Positions 10,051 to 20,725 are shown, numbered from the stretch's first letter. The stretch is DNA of 64,000 nucleotides from an uncultured virus (IMG/VR IMGVR_UViG_3300020256_000017) (IMGVR_UViG_3300020256_000017), one strand, 5' to 3'. Program-made: numbers and translations. The notes: generated by a model not told the origin, from the letters alone.

Positions 10051-10410
10051 CTAAGAGAAAAAGAGCACCCATTCACCTTTGTCATTCACATCAGCATCAG
10101 GTTTCACATTGGCATATTTAGCGCTGATAATGGTCGGAAATTTTGCGATAAGCGTCTGCGCCAATCTAACATCCCAATGCGAAATGGTTCGCTGACCCTC
10201 TTGACGCTCAGCCTCAAAAAGGGCGCGCCAGTTGTTGTTGCTTTCATCGCATAGTGGCGATGACGAAGGTGTGATGTTGTGTTTCATGATGGCCGCAATA
10301 GCAAGGTCTCGGCTCGCCCCTCCAATCAGGCCATTGTTGATATCGGTTTCACCCATAAAGTGTTTTATGGCGCGTTTTTTCAGCGTGTCCCATTTTATAC
10401 TGTAAGTCAT
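10051..10410 (-). CDS. Hypothetical protein
   Basis: ATGA overlap. Confidence 0.65.
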   Translation of the reverse strand: MTYSIKWDTLKKRAIKHFMGETDINNGLIGGASRDLAIAAIMKHNITPSSSPLCDESNNNWRALFEAERQEGQRTISHWDVRLAQTLIAKFPTIISAKYANVKPDADVNDKGEWVLFFS

Positions 10411-10664
10411 GCGGTTGCCTCGCTTTGTTGTTTTTCAATAGCAGCCGTCGCGGCCTGTTGGGCTTTAGGAAGATTGATATCAAGGATGACATCAATGTCT
10501 TGCGCATAAAGGTGAGCGTCGACAACAATCTCAATCAGCGTGGAAGGCGAGTTCACCGCATTAACGCGAGAAGCAAAGTGCACCATTTTTCCGGTGTTGT
10601 GACTGAAGTAGTACGAAAACGTTTCAGGCGCTTTTTTTGCTGTGTTTTCGGTATGAATGATCAT
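10407..10664 (-). CDS. Hypothetical protein
   Basis: Cassette-driven. Confidence 0.65.
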   Translation of the reverse strand: MIIHTENTAKKAPETFSYYFSHNTGKMVHFASRVNAVNSPSTLIEIVVDAHLYAQDIDVILDINLPKAQQAATAAIEKQQSEATA

Positions 10665-10814
10665 AGTGAAGCCTCATTGTTGTGCTGACAAAACAAGTAT
10701 CCCAAATTCTGAGAGTGTTGTCAAGCTATGCTTGGGTTTTACTGATTTTTCCGTTGCAGGAAAAGAGATAAAAGAGGAACAAACCTTGCATTTGTTTTAC
10801 CCATCAACGATAGG

Positions 10815-11585
10815 ATGACGATAATGAATAATGTGAAAAAAGTTGCCGCAGGGATGTTCACCGCCCTTGCATTAGGCACAATGCCGACGGTACAGGCAGA
10901 CGTAGTGTTTGGGATAACAGGATCAGGTGATCTAATTGAATCAGACAGTTGGGAAAACCTAATGAATGCCTCTTACCATATTAACCATGGGAAGTCCCCC
11001 GTAGGATGGAATTGGGGGCATCGGTATTTCATGGCAGATGGCTATATGTTTGGTGTGGATGGTCGCAATCACCTCGTTCAATATGACTCAGTAGAAGACT
11101 TGTGGAACGGGGTTAACTTTGTCGATTATGGCAAATCACCACAAGGGTGGACTCGTGTAAACCAGTTCTTTGCACATGACGGTGAATATTTCGGTATGTC
11201 AGGCAATGGTACCCTGGTGCGTTCATCATCAGTCCTGGATTTGTGGAACGGTGTTTATGTAGATAATTATGGCAGGACGCCGAACGGTTGGGACTCGAAT
11301 AACACCTTTCTGCTTACTTCCGAAGGGTTGTACGGCCTCTCTGACAGTAGTAGCCAGTATTACTGGAATGAAGGTTCACAGTTGCAGTATGGAACCGCTT
11401 CAGCAACGGTGTTGGGCGGGCAATCGTCCTTTGGGTGGTCTTACAACAACCAGTTTTTCGGCGATAATTCAATGAACGGCATTGCGCTTAACGCGCAAGG
11501 TAATCTAATTGATGCGTCTTCACCATTGGCAGTTGGTGCGTTTGGCTTGCTAGGGTTGCTAGCCGCACGGCGAAAAAAGAAGTGA
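10815..11585 (+). CDS. PEP-CTERM-type exported protein with ~46-aa repeats
   Basis: Signal peptide; FG.(S/T/D)G...L...DLWNG...GK.P.GW repeats; C-terminus SSPLAVGAFGLLGLLAARRKKK. Confidence 0.75.
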   Translation: MTIMNNVKKVAAGMFTALALGTMPTVQADVVFGITGSGDLIESDSWENLMNASYHINHGKSPVGWNWGHRYFMADGYMFGVDGRNHLVQYDSVEDLWNGVNFVDYGKSPQGWTRVNQFFAHDGEYFGMSGNGTLVRSSSVLDLWNGVYVDNYGRTPNGWDSNNTFLLTSEGLYGLSDSSSQYYWNEGSQLQYGTASATVLGGQSSFGWSYNNQFFGDNSMNGIALNAQGNLIDASSPLAVGAFGLLGLLAARRKKK

Positions 11586-11605
11586 ACGCTTTTTAGCAAG
11601 CCCAC

Positions 11606-11636
11606 AAAAAAAGAGGCTAACACAGCCTCTTTTTTT
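11606..11636. terminator. Bidirectional terminator
   Basis: A7-GAGGCT..AGCCTC-T7 between convergent genes. Confidence 0.8.
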
Positions 11637-11652
11637 GCGTCTAATGTGTTCG

Positions 11653-12321
11653 TTAAGGCATAAATGGAGGTCTGTTGGCGTCAACCCATAGGTAAAGGAG
11701 TTCAACGGACGGCGAGATCAAGTGGTATGTTTTTTCTCTGCCTGTGAACGCGACGCTACCAACATCATCAGCTTGTTTCAAAAAGCTTGATACCGAGACT
11801 GTGTAGGCTTCTTGATTCTCCTTGTTGACTAGTACAAGTGAATCATCCTCGCCAGATTCGGGTGGATGAACCGTCAGCGTGACAGCGAACGCTTCACGCC
11901 GATGAACAATATCCATATTCTTAGTCGATACACGCAAACCAAGTATGTCATTTGCCACAGACAGTAATGATGCGGCATGCATCGCAGCGGTCTCTTTGGC
12001 ACGGTTTACAGCGCCTTGGTGGGTGCACATCTCTCGTTCAAGTGCTGCTTTCATCTCAGCGTTATCTGAGGTGAACTCAGCAGCGGTTTTAAAGGCGTAA
12101 TGTGAAAGTGCGCATCTTGACCACTCGACAATCGCGCTGTTGACCAAAGCAACCTGAACAGCAAGCCGTTGGCTTACCAGAGAAATGCTTTCTGTAGGTA
12201 GGCTTACAATGTCTCCAATAGCCGTGCTTGTCTCCCCTGCTGCCGCATCCATTGTTGATTTGGCAAAAAGCCGCGCTGCTGTTGCAGCATCAACGGCAGT
12301 GTTAAATAAAGGCTTGCTCAT
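11653..12321 (-). CDS. Hypothetical protein
   Basis: Cassette plus RBS. Confidence 0.7.
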   Translation of the reverse strand: MSKPLFNTAVDAATAARLFAKSTMDAAAGETSTAIGDIVSLPTESISLVSQRLAVQVALVNSAIVEWSRCALSHYAFKTAAEFTSDNAEMKAALEREMCTHQGAVNRAKETAAMHAASLLSVANDILGLRVSTKNMDIVHRREAFAVTLTVHPPESGEDDSLVLVNKENQEAYTVSVSSFLKQADDVGSVAFTGREKTYHLISPSVELLYLWVDANRPPFMP

Positions 12322-12394
12322 AATGGATTAACTCCGAGTTGTGTTGACGGTTAAATTATCTCAAGAGTAGTGTGAAAAGTCAACAGGGAACGTG

Positions 12395-13000
12395 TCAACT
12401 GTCCACGATGGCCGCAACCCAATCCATGATCAGACTTTGCGTTTTTTCAGGTAGGCTGAATACGTTTCCACCACTGCCCCTTAGTTCGCATTTATCTAGT
12501 GCAAAGCGGAGGCTTGGCAGGGAACAGCGCATTTGCCTTTTGCCTTCGTAAGAGAGACTGAAATCAACTGAGTGCTCTGTCGTTAGTGAGGCAACAAAGC
12601 GTTCGCCGCCAGCCCGAAACTCCATATGGTGAGGTGATGTTTTCTTGGGTTTGATGTGGCACGTGTTCAGGTGTTCCCGAAGGGACTTCAACGCGTCGCG
12701 CGTGTTAGCCAATGCAGCGTCAAGTTTCTCTTTCTCTATCGCAATAAGATGCAAAGAAGCATGGTTGTCTCGGACGCTGTGCAAAAGGATAGACTGGGCT
12801 TGCCATGCAAGATACGCGGATTTTGCCTCTAGCGTTAATGCCGCCAATTTGATGTCAGTGCTCATTAGAAATGATGTGGGCGGTGTCTCAATATCAATGT
12901 CACTGTTAGACTGGCCGCACTCCTGATCAAGGTGAGATTCGATGGTCGCAAGTAGCGCATCAGCATAGTTTAGCGCTGAAGCCATAGCAGTGATGTACAT
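12395..13000 (-). CDS. Hypothetical protein
   Basis: AGGAG RBS. Confidence 0.7.
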   Translation of the reverse strand: MYITAMASALNYADALLATIESHLDQECGQSNSDIDIETPPTSFLMSTDIKLAALTLEAKSAYLAWQAQSILLHSVRDNHASLHLIAIEKEKLDAALANTRDALKSLREHLNTCHIKPKKTSPHHMEFRAGGERFVASLTTEHSVDFSLSYEGKRQMRCSLPSLRFALDKCELRGSGGNVFSLPEKTQSLIMDWVAAIVDS

Positions 13001-13026
13001 AAGCGTACTCCTTGTTTTAATTAAGC

Positions 13027-13497
13027 TTAACGGCTTGTTGCTGCTTCGATGTGCGCAGTCATAAGCGACAACATGTCACGACACTCGCCAACAAGTTTGT
13101 TTAGCGTATCATAATAAATGCTCACAAGCGCCTGTTCCATATCCGTCACCGCCTTGCTTTCTATGTCGTCGGGTACGATTACAGAAATACAGTAGAAATC
13201 GATGTTGTGACGGGTTATCGTTATACAACCAAAGTCATCATGGTCAAAACAGACAGATTGCGATTTTAAACGACTCGTCGGCACCGCGCGCAATCGAGAA
13301 GGTGCATCGCTTAATGCGGGTTGGGTGATACGATAAGCGCATCGGCTGAAGCTGGGTTTTACATTGATGTTGGCATGTTCTTCAGAGGTAATGCAAGAAG
13401 GTAGAAGACGGGCGCTTGTTTTAATTTGCGTAAAAGTGTTACCTTTTTGAAAAACAGGCGCTGTGATTGCAAAAGGGGTGATGCGTTGTTTGTTCAT
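13027..13497 (-). CDS. Hypothetical protein
   Basis: Cassette-driven. Confidence 0.65.
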   Translation of the reverse strand: MNKQRITPFAITAPVFQKGNTFTQIKTSARLLPSCITSEEHANINVKPSFSRCAYRITQPALSDAPSRLRAVPTSRLKSQSVCFDHDDFGCITITRHNIDFYCISVIVPDDIESKAVTDMEQALVSIYYDTLNKLVGECRDMLSLMTAHIEAATSR

Positions 13498-13966
13498 TGC
13501 ATTGACTCTGTTGTGTTGACTGCATGTAGTGTCTCACAATCAGTGTGGGTTGTCAATGGGTGCGGCTCAATATTACGCGCAGCTACGCTGTTTCACTGTC
13601 GATGCTATCAACCACGTTCTCACCGTCTTCCCCTGCCTTTTCAGGCGATGATTCATCAGGATTTATGTGGCGCTCGATATGTTCATCTATCGCGCTTTCA
13701 AAGCCAGATGTAGCCATTGTTTTCTCCATATCAATACCTGAACTCACGTTGTGATATTAACGCAAAAAGTAGTTAGCCGCTTTCTTTTGTGCGTAATGAA
13801 AGCTGGTGGCGAAGTTCTGCGTTTTCACGCTGTAGCGCATGAATTTCCTTTAGCACATCCTCTAAGAACATGGTGTGACCATTACGTGTGATGACAAACT
13901 GTTTTTGACGAACACAAAGGGCGAATTCGGTTTGTTTTTGTGACATAGGTAATATCCAATGCGTGA

Positions 13967-14329
13967 TTAGTGAAAAGCAAGGCCGTGGCGCGATATAAGT
14001 TTCGCGTGATGTATACGAGACATTTTGACATCATCAAGCGTCGCGTGCACCACCCCTATAAAGCCACTGACGGCCAAGTTAATGTCCGTAACGCTCGCGT
14101 TGGTAGGCACATAGCCTGTGAGGTGTGATAGCACATTGACACCATCGATAATACACTCGCCGGTTAAGCGGACGCGACGCCCTTCATAACCTAACAATAG
14201 GCGAGCCTCTTGTGCGCCTGGTATGCCGCCGGTGCGCTTAGTGGCAAAAACATCAAGGTTTGCTTCTGATGCTGACCAGCCGAGTGATGTGGCGGCGCGT
14301 GTTATTTGACGGTGCATTAATTCTGACAT
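13967..14329 (-). CDS. Hypothetical protein
   Basis: Cassette plus RBS; start corrected. Confidence 0.65.
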   Translation of the reverse strand: MSELMHRQITRAATSLGWSASEANLDVFATKRTGGIPGAQEARLLLGYEGRRVRLTGECIIDGVNVLSHLTGYVPTNASVTDINLAVSGFIGVVHATLDDVKMSRIHHAKLISRHGLAFH

Positions 14330-14395
14330 GGCTTCCTCAGCGTTGTGTTGACAGGATAAGTGTCTCAAAATAAGTGAGGGTTGTCAAGGCCGATG

Positions 14396-15310
14396 TCACC
14401 CAGTGGTGACATCGTTAAGTTTTGCTGCGATTTCGGCAGGATCATCTACCAATGACAAAAACAACATCAAGTCGTCGTAAGAGAGCGTTTGCACGTCAAT
14501 TTCGCCGTTGTGTAACATTACCTCAAAAATATGAGGATCAGCGCACAGCAAGCGTTTTTGCATGCTTGCAGGGCAGATTCGATAATACTGCTCGGCGAAG
14601 ATGAAAGGGTTGAAGTCTGACCATACATAGCGTGTGAGTGGCGAGCCCCCCTGTATTGCTTTAGTGATCCAAGCGACGCTCTCCCTTTCACTCGCCTGCT
14701 TCATGGTAGACACAACGATTTTGAGAACATCCTGCAACCCTGCTTCCTTTAGAAAGGCCAGCATGTCGGTCGACCACATTTCTGCGTCACCTTCTGGGTT
14801 GATTAAATTTTCAATGGCAATGATAGCGGCCAAAGAAGGCTTTTGCCCTTGCGTGATCTGCAAAATGAGTAGCGGTATATAGCGCACTTTGACCACGTCC
14901 ACGTTATAGCTTTTATCCGGCATGGTGTTGATTTTTGCAGCAAGCGAAATAAGCATGGAAAGCAATTTACGACGCTGTTTTTCGCCCAATAAAGGCTGCT
15001 CAATGAAAGGGGACAGCGTGTCCCGGCCTTTATCAAGCCAAGCGTAAAGTTTACCTGCTTGATCAAAGTTAAGGCTGGTGGATTGAGGTGCGTCAGGCAA
15101 CACAAAGCGTTCCTTGTACAACCCTTTTTCAAAAGAGATGGTAAACAGGGTCTGGGAGATTTCTGAAACCGGCTTCACTGATGAGGCGTCAGCATCGAAA
15201 AATTGGATGGTCGATGGAACGTCAGGCGTGCCGCTGTCGATGACGATAGCGCGAAGCGGGGTGCCGCATTCAGTCGTTAGTTCAATGTGACCTGTGTTTG
15301 TATTGTTCAT
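14396..15310 (-). CDS. Hypothetical protein
   Basis: 304-aa ORF with RBS. Confidence 0.75.
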   Translation of the reverse strand: MNNTNTGHIELTTECGTPLRAIVIDSGTPDVPSTIQFFDADASSVKPVSEISQTLFTISFEKGLYKERFVLPDAPQSTSLNFDQAGKLYAWLDKGRDTLSPFIEQPLLGEKQRRKLLSMLISLAAKINTMPDKSYNVDVVKVRYIPLLILQITQGQKPSLAAIIAIENLINPEGDAEMWSTDMLAFLKEAGLQDVLKIVVSTMKQASERESVAWITKAIQGGSPLTRYVWSDFNPFIFAEQYYRICPASMQKRLLCADPHIFEVMLHNGEIDVQTLSYDDLMLFLSLVDDPAEIAAKLNDVTTG

Positions 15311-15365
15311 GATGATCCTTGGTAAAACGTGGTGGTGGAAGCGAGCCTACAGGCCCGCTAGCGCG

Positions 15366-15635
15366 TTATGCTGCAAGCGCACGCATGTCGTGGTGGCGTT
15401 TGTGTGCTAATCGACGAAACTTGATGCGTTCAGCAAAGCGTCGGTTAACTTCCTCAATGGTGGCGCCGTGCACAACATCGTAGGTTTTTCGCTTCGCGTC
15501 AAACCCGACAAAGCGGCTTTTCATGCCATCACTCCCGCACGTTACCCATTGGCCTGTTTGAAGGACAAGCGTGCCATCCTCGATTTGGCGGGCGATAGCG
15601 GGATCCCAAAGGTTTACGGTTTTGATGAAGGCCAT
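15366..15635 (-). CDS. Hypothetical protein
   Basis: Cassette plus RBS. Confidence 0.7.
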   Translation of the reverse strand: MAFIKTVNLWDPAIARQIEDGTLVLQTGQWVTCGSDGMKSRFVGFDAKRKTYDVVHGATIEEVNRRFAERIKFRRLAHKRHHDMRALAA

Positions 15636-15691
15636 GTGTTTTCCTCATTGCTGTGTTGACATGACCAGCATCTCAAAAACTGTGTGTATTG

Positions 15692-16204
15692 TCAATCTTT
15701 TTTGTGTGATTGCGATGCACCCAATGCAACACTAATGACAGCGATAACGGTGCTGTAATACTCAGGATAGCGTTCAGCAATCTCTTTGCAGGCAATCTGG
15801 TAAGCCTCATACCCGTGAGGGTGGGTGTAAAAGTCATCACCGACGCAGGCGTCATAGACTTTGAAGAGCACCTCTTCGACGTAAAGATTGAAGTAATAAG
15901 CGCCCTCTTGAGCGACGCGTTTTTTAAGCTGATTGGCTTGGTGCTTAAGCCCGTTACGTTCACTTTCAGCCTTGTAAAAGCAAGCCGCGAGATTCTTGGG
16001 CAGTTTCCCACTATCGAGGGCGTCAATTTTATCTAACCGCACCAACTTATCGCGCACAAACTGTCTGAACGCAGTCAGTGACTCGACGCGTTTATACAGT
16101 TCCTTTTGATCGGTGTCATCTTGGGTTAAGACGTGTAATTTTCTTACGTCAGCGCCGATGTTTTGAATATCAAACGCAGACAAGGTGAGTGTTATTTTTT
16201 GCAT
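15692..16204 (-). CDS. Hypothetical protein
   Basis: ORF; stop lies within next cassette -35. Confidence 0.65.
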   Translation of the reverse strand: MQKITLTLSAFDIQNIGADVRKLHVLTQDDTDQKELYKRVESLTAFRQFVRDKLVRLDKIDALDSGKLPKNLAACFYKAESERNGLKHQANQLKKRVAQEGAYYFNLYVEEVLFKVYDACVGDDFYTHPHGYEAYQIACKEIAERYPEYYSTVIAVISVALGASQSHKKD

Positions 16205-16224
16205 AGTTAATCCCAGTAAGCAGG

Positions 16225-16467
16225 CTAATTTCTCTTCAGCAAGTCCAGAAGCGCAGGTCTAAATGGCGCGCGGTGAAGCGTGGCGTTATCAATGTCGGTG
16301 GTGATGGCTGTGCACTCTTTTTGCGTGAGCCAGATAATGCCACAGTCGCGGTCACAACTGTTTTTGATTGTATAGGGGCGTAGCTGGAACGGGTAAACAA
16401 TTATCGGCCATAAGTAAAAGACGAAAATAGCAGCCAGCGTGATAAGCAAAAGAGCGGTCGGCGACAT
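16225..16467 (-). CDS. Small membrane-anchored protein
   Basis: Cassette; N-terminal TM. Confidence 0.65.
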   Translation of the reverse strand: MSPTALLLITLAAIFVFYLWPIIVYPFQLRPYTIKNSCDRDCGIIWLTQKECTAITTDIDNATLHRAPFRPALLDLLKRN

Positions 16468-16567
16468 AAAAATTCCTGCGTTGTGTTGACAAAACAAGTA
16501 TCTCAAAATCTGAGAGTGTTGTCAAGTTGGTTTTTAGCGCGAACCCAAACGTCCGCGCTCTTAGCCA

Positions 16568-17086
16568 TTACAGGGCGTAGGCCATAATGCTCGGTGCTTT
16601 TGGCGTCATGCCGCAGTGCTGTAGTAATGTGCTGATCACAGATAGGGTGTTTTCATCTATCGTGTGGAAGGTGTAGTGCACATTAACGGTTGAGCCCATG
16701 TAGGTATTAACATCAAGATTGACGCCACTAGTACCAAAAAATGAGGCAACGGGCTCGGCGTATGCCTCGCTGATCCGTGCGTTCCCCTCTTCTCGACGGC
16801 GTTTTGCCTCTTCACCAAGTTCAACCGCACTTTTTCCGGTTAGCTTCTTAGCTAGCGTATCACTGATGTTGTAAATGTACAGTTCCATATAGCCACTGTC
16901 ATCTTTAGGTACAAACTTTAAGCTGTTTTCTTTGATGGGGTTACGTCCGAACTGAATAGACAGCCCGTAGCTGGCGCTGCGTTCGCTGTGCTCAACCATA
17001 TAGTGGCGTTCAATTGCAGCAAATAAGTTTTCAACGTGCTGAACCATTTGCGTCGGTGCGAGTGCTGTTTGCAGTACAATTGTCAT
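16568..17086 (-). CDS. Hypothetical protein
   Basis: Cassette plus RBS; start corrected. Confidence 0.7.
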   Translation of the reverse strand: MTIVLQTALAPTQMVQHVENLFAAIERHYMVEHSERSASYGLSIQFGRNPIKENSLKFVPKDDSGYMELYIYNISDTLAKKLTGKSAVELGEEAKRRREEGNARISEAYAEPVASFFGTSGVNLDVNTYMGSTVNVHYTFHTIDENTLSVISTLLQHCGMTPKAPSIMAYAL

Positions 17087-17196
17087 AATGTATTCCTGTG
17101 TTGTGTTGACAAAAAGAAGTGTCTCACAGCCTGTGAGTGAAGTCAATTGTTTTGGTTTTGCGGCGTCATAGCGAGGGCAACGCTCGCACTTTTATG

Positions 17197-17258
17197 TTGA
17201 TTTAGCGGCTTTATTTAGATATAATTGGCATAAATCGTCAACACACAGGGTTTACATA
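17197..17258 (+). promoter_or_regulatory. Plus-strand promoter with leader variant
   Basis: TTGATT-17-TATAAT then CGTCAACACACAGGG before ATG 17259. Confidence 0.65.
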
Positions 17259-19430
17259 ATGACTCACCGTTATTACAGTCCATCGCAACTAAAAAAAATG
17301 TTTAATAGCTGCTGCTCGCGAAAGATGCAGGTCGCACTGAGTGCACCTAATTTCCCCAAGTGTATCATGCGGGATGTATTAGAAAGCGAGACACCGAGAT
17401 TTGTGGCGGGGTACTACGCCAATGCTAAAAGTATTGAGAGTATGGCACAGATGCTCAATCACCCCGCATTTAGCGACAATGAGGTCAGCGAATTGCTGGC
17501 GCTTAATCCTGCGCTGGATGTGCTTTCACTGTACAGCGAGCGAGTGCCAGAGGCACTGTATAACCGTCTTCTCAATCGCGTTATTGATGGTGAGTATTCT
17601 GACGGAAATGTAAGTTTCATGGCGCAGAACATAGTCAATCATCGCGCATTCCCGTGGGAACGTGCTGATGCTATTATTGCAATGAATAATGCATCGCTGC
17701 TTGCTGAAATGGGGCAAGCTGCGTCATGTGATGCTGTATTGAGCGATATCGTTGCTGCTGTTCCACGCGTTGAAGATAAGACGCTCCATACCAACATATA
17801 CATCAAAGTGGCTGAAAACGCCGCATGTTCACGTTCGTTGTTTAATCGCCTGTTAGCGCTGGAAATAGAGCCTAATAGCACATGCCGGATACGCATTGCG
17901 TTGCTAGATAATCACGAACATACGATGGAGCAATTTCGCGAAGTTTTAGCGTATGTGCAAAACAATGCCAATACAGACTGTCGAGCAAGGTATGTATCGG
18001 ATGTGTACGACGCCGCATTTAAAAACGCTGACATGAAGCAATCCGATTTTATTGAGCTGGTTAAGTGCGACGCCTCTCAATACGGTATTGATGAAGGTTT
18101 TCACCGGCTTAATTTCTCAGATGCGCAAGCGGAAGCGATGCTGTTGGAATACCAGGGCAGCTGTGACGCGTTGTGCTACGCCATTCTTGACCGCGTAGAT
18201 ACATTGTCACCGGAGGTCGTTTCACAATTCATCGAGCGCGAGCCTGTTGACTCCTTATTAGTACGCAAGCTGCTAAGCAGTGGTAATGTCCCGTCGGGCA
18301 TCTTGGATATGCTGGCGTACGACCCCGATCACACTATCCAAATGCGTGTCGCGATGCACCCCAATGTCTTAGACAGCACGTTTAAGTGTCTCTACCGCGT
18401 ACGTGAGAGCATTATGAGTTCTAATAAGGATTATGATAAAACACTCTTCAATGAAAGCCCCGCGTTCGCGTTGCTTACGTCATTAAAGAACTACCTCATC
18501 TTGCATAATGATTACGGGTATGATCTGTTTGACTTCAAGAGTGTTAATTCGCCCAAGGCGATGACCAAAATGCTCATTGGTTCAAAACACCCTCAAGAGG
18601 TGCAGTTCTTGTTCGACAGTCAAGAGGCGGAGTCCTTGACCGCACTAAGCGCATTGCAGAGCGTGTTTACCAATTCACGTGGCAAACTCGACCGTCACGG
18701 ATACATTCAGTTTCTTGCGCAGATTAATAGTGCATTAGGCACAGGTAAACAGGCGCAGAAGCGCGCAGGGCTTGCCATTGATGCGCCGTCACTACGCACC
18801 TGTTTGGCTTTTTTGTCACACGATGAAATGGTAGCCGTTGTGATGGATAACGCCATTACCGAAGCGCGAGATGTGTTTCGTATGTTAGCAACGCTCATTG
18901 CACGAGATTGCCCTGATGAAAGCGCCAAACAGTGTGCGTTGGTGCGTAAATGGCTTGCGTCTAAGAAAGACTACGGTGAAGCATTTCATAGCTACTTAAG
19001 CAACAAGCAGCAACGTGACTTCTCAATCAGTACCGTCAATGCGCGTTTCTATCAGGCCGATGCTATTGCGCAGCTTGACACTATCACTGAAAGCCTCCCG
19101 TCACACGTCACACTAACACTGCCGGAGGACACAAAAGCCCTCCGTGCATTAGGTCGTGCTCAACATCACTGTGTAGGCACACGCTACTATGCTGACCGTT
19201 GTACGGATGGCTCAGCGGTGATTTTCGCCCTGTCTACAGGTAATAGGTCTGATGAAACGTTCACCTATCAATTTGAACGCAGTTCGGGACGATTGGCGCA
19301 AGCTAAAGGGTTTTCCAATAGTGACACACCGCCAGAGCTTAATAGCGTGGCGTACGAGGTGTTTAACGCCATTAAAGACGCGTGTGAGGCGGCACGTGAG
19401 CAAGCGGCCTTGCCACAAGAGAATGAATAG
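17259..19430 (+). CDS. Helical-repeat protein with C-terminal PcfJ-like domain
   Basis: LP...L..LG..QHHCVG..Y..RC..G...IF motif; repeats such as VAMHPN, VAENAAC. Confidence 0.75.
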   Translation: MTHRYYSPSQLKKMFNSCCSRKMQVALSAPNFPKCIMRDVLESETPRFVAGYYANAKSIESMAQMLNHPAFSDNEVSELLALNPALDVLSLYSERVPEALYNRLLNRVIDGEYSDGNVSFMAQNIVNHRAFPWERADAIIAMNNASLLAEMGQAASCDAVLSDIVAAVPRVEDKTLHTNIYIKVAENAACSRSLFNRLLALEIEPNSTCRIRIALLDNHEHTMEQFREVLAYVQNNANTDCRARYVSDVYDAAFKNADMKQSDFIELVKCDASQYGIDEGFHRLNFSDAQAEAMLLEYQGSCDALCYAILDRVDTLSPEVVSQFIEREPVDSLLVRKLLSSGNVPSGILDMLAYDPDHTIQMRVAMHPNVLDSTFKCLYRVRESIMSSNKDYDKTLFNESPAFALLTSLKNYLILHNDYGYDLFDFKSVNSPKAMTKMLIGSKHPQEVQFLFDSQEAESLTALSALQSVFTNSRGKLDRHGYIQFLAQINSALGTGKQAQKRAGLAIDAPSLRTCLAFLSHDEMVAVVMDNAITEARDVFRMLATLIARDCPDESAKQCALVRKWLASKKDYGEAFHSYLSNKQQRDFSISTVNARFYQADAIAQLDTITESLPSHVTLTLPEDTKALRALGRAQHHCVGTRYYADRCTDGSAVIFALSTGNRSDETFTYQFERSSGRLAQAKGFSNSDTPPELNSVAYEVFNAIKDACEAAREQAALPQENE

Positions 19431-19670
19431 GGGGTTCTAAGACCTAACAGCAGACTGCCGCTGGTGGTCTGTTGTTGCCTGTCAGGTCAGAGCGCCCAGT
19501 TGTGAGCCACCCATAAACATTCTTCGCGCGAATATCTGGGTTTTCTTGATGGGTTTAGGAAAACGAGATGATTGTTGCACCACTTGCTGTGCGAACGAGT
19601 CATGTGAGCCCCGCTGCACTAAAAGTTATGGTGTTAACAAGAGAGAGTGTCTAGTGAGCTGTGTGCCAAG

Positions 19671-20105
19671 TCAGTAAAGTTCGATAACAAGGTTGTCTTT
19701 TCGCGGTGGATACCGTGTTGGTGCTACGCGACGATGCATCCGCGCCTTTTCAGTAAGCGCGCGCTCAATACCCTGTTGAATATACAATTTGGACTCAGGA
19801 AGATGCAGATCATTAACAAAGAGTCTTGTGCGATAGCGTCCGTTGCAAGGATGGGGAGGGATAATAAACGGGTGTTCCGCCAGTGAAGGCGTAAATATAG
19901 CCTGCCTCGGGCAAAGTTCGCCGCGAAAGCAAAATTCGTCACTGTTCCATGTTGCGCGACCTACCGATGAAAGCCAAAGAGGTGCGGGTGGACTGCACTG
20001 AATGCGACACTGAAGCACCTCTATTGCATAAGCAAAAGCGCCGTTTTTGTAGCCCTGGGATAAAAGGTATGCCTTACTGATGTCTGGTGCAATGTCTGTT
20101 GTCAT
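19671..20105 (-). CDS. Hypothetical protein
   Basis: GAGGAG RBS. Confidence 0.6.
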   Translation of the reverse strand: MTTDIAPDISKAYLLSQGYKNGAFAYAIEVLQCRIQCSPPAPLWLSSVGRATWNSDEFCFRGELCPRQAIFTPSLAEHPFIIPPHPCNGRYRTRLFVNDLHLPESKLYIQQGIERALTEKARMHRRVAPTRYPPRKDNLVIELY

Positions 20106-20163
20106 GGGCTACTCCTCTAAAAGCGCTGCATGGCTCTCGTGAGAGAGGCATGCAGGTAACGTT

Positions 20164-20331
20164 TTATGATAACGACAATGGCGCAGGTGCTTTTGATGTT
20201 GAGATATTGGTGATATCCTCCGCAGTCACGCCGTGCTCTTTGTTTATCTGAGTTAGGAAGTCAGCAAGGTTATGCGCTATGCCACGTAAGGTTTCGCCGT
20301 TTTTTTTTGTTGCTACAAAGCTTGTACGCAT
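20164..20331 (-). CDS. Small hypothetical protein
   Basis: GGAG RBS. Confidence 0.55.
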   Translation of the reverse strand: MRTSFVATKKNGETLRGIAHNLADFLTQINKEHGVTAEDITNISTSKAPAPLSLS

Positions 20332-20332
20332 G

Positions 20333-20611
20333 TTATTTATCTCCATGTTCGCTGTGTGATGCTGCGTCATATGTTGCGCAGTCCAACGCGAAGTCAGCAT
20401 AAAGTTCGTCTTCGCTGGCCTCGCTCGTAAAAATAAGGCCATTATTTGGGTCAAATGGCGTAAGTTCGCTCGTGTCGATGACAGGTGTTTCTATAGGCAA
20501 TGCAGTTGGTTCAACCCCCTGCATCATCGCCTCATACTCTGCATCATCATCTCGCACCTCATCATCTGTCATGTTGCTATAGAAAATGGGGTTATCGTTA
20601 GGATTAAACAC
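20333..20611 (-). CDS. Very acidic hypothetical protein
   Basis: Cassette plus AGGAG. Confidence 0.65.
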   Translation of the reverse strand: MFNPNDNPIFYSNMTDDEVRDDDAEYEAMMQGVEPTALPIETPVIDTSELTPFDPNNGLIFTSEASEDELYADFALDCATYDAASHSEHGDK

Positions 20612-20725
20612 GATGTAAACTCCTGTTTCGTTGACAGGATGAGTATCTCAAAAGCTGAGAGTGTTGTCAAGGTTAAGTGTAAGTTAAGTGTTGCGCCTTA
20701 CTCTCGTAAAGCGCATGTAGTTACA

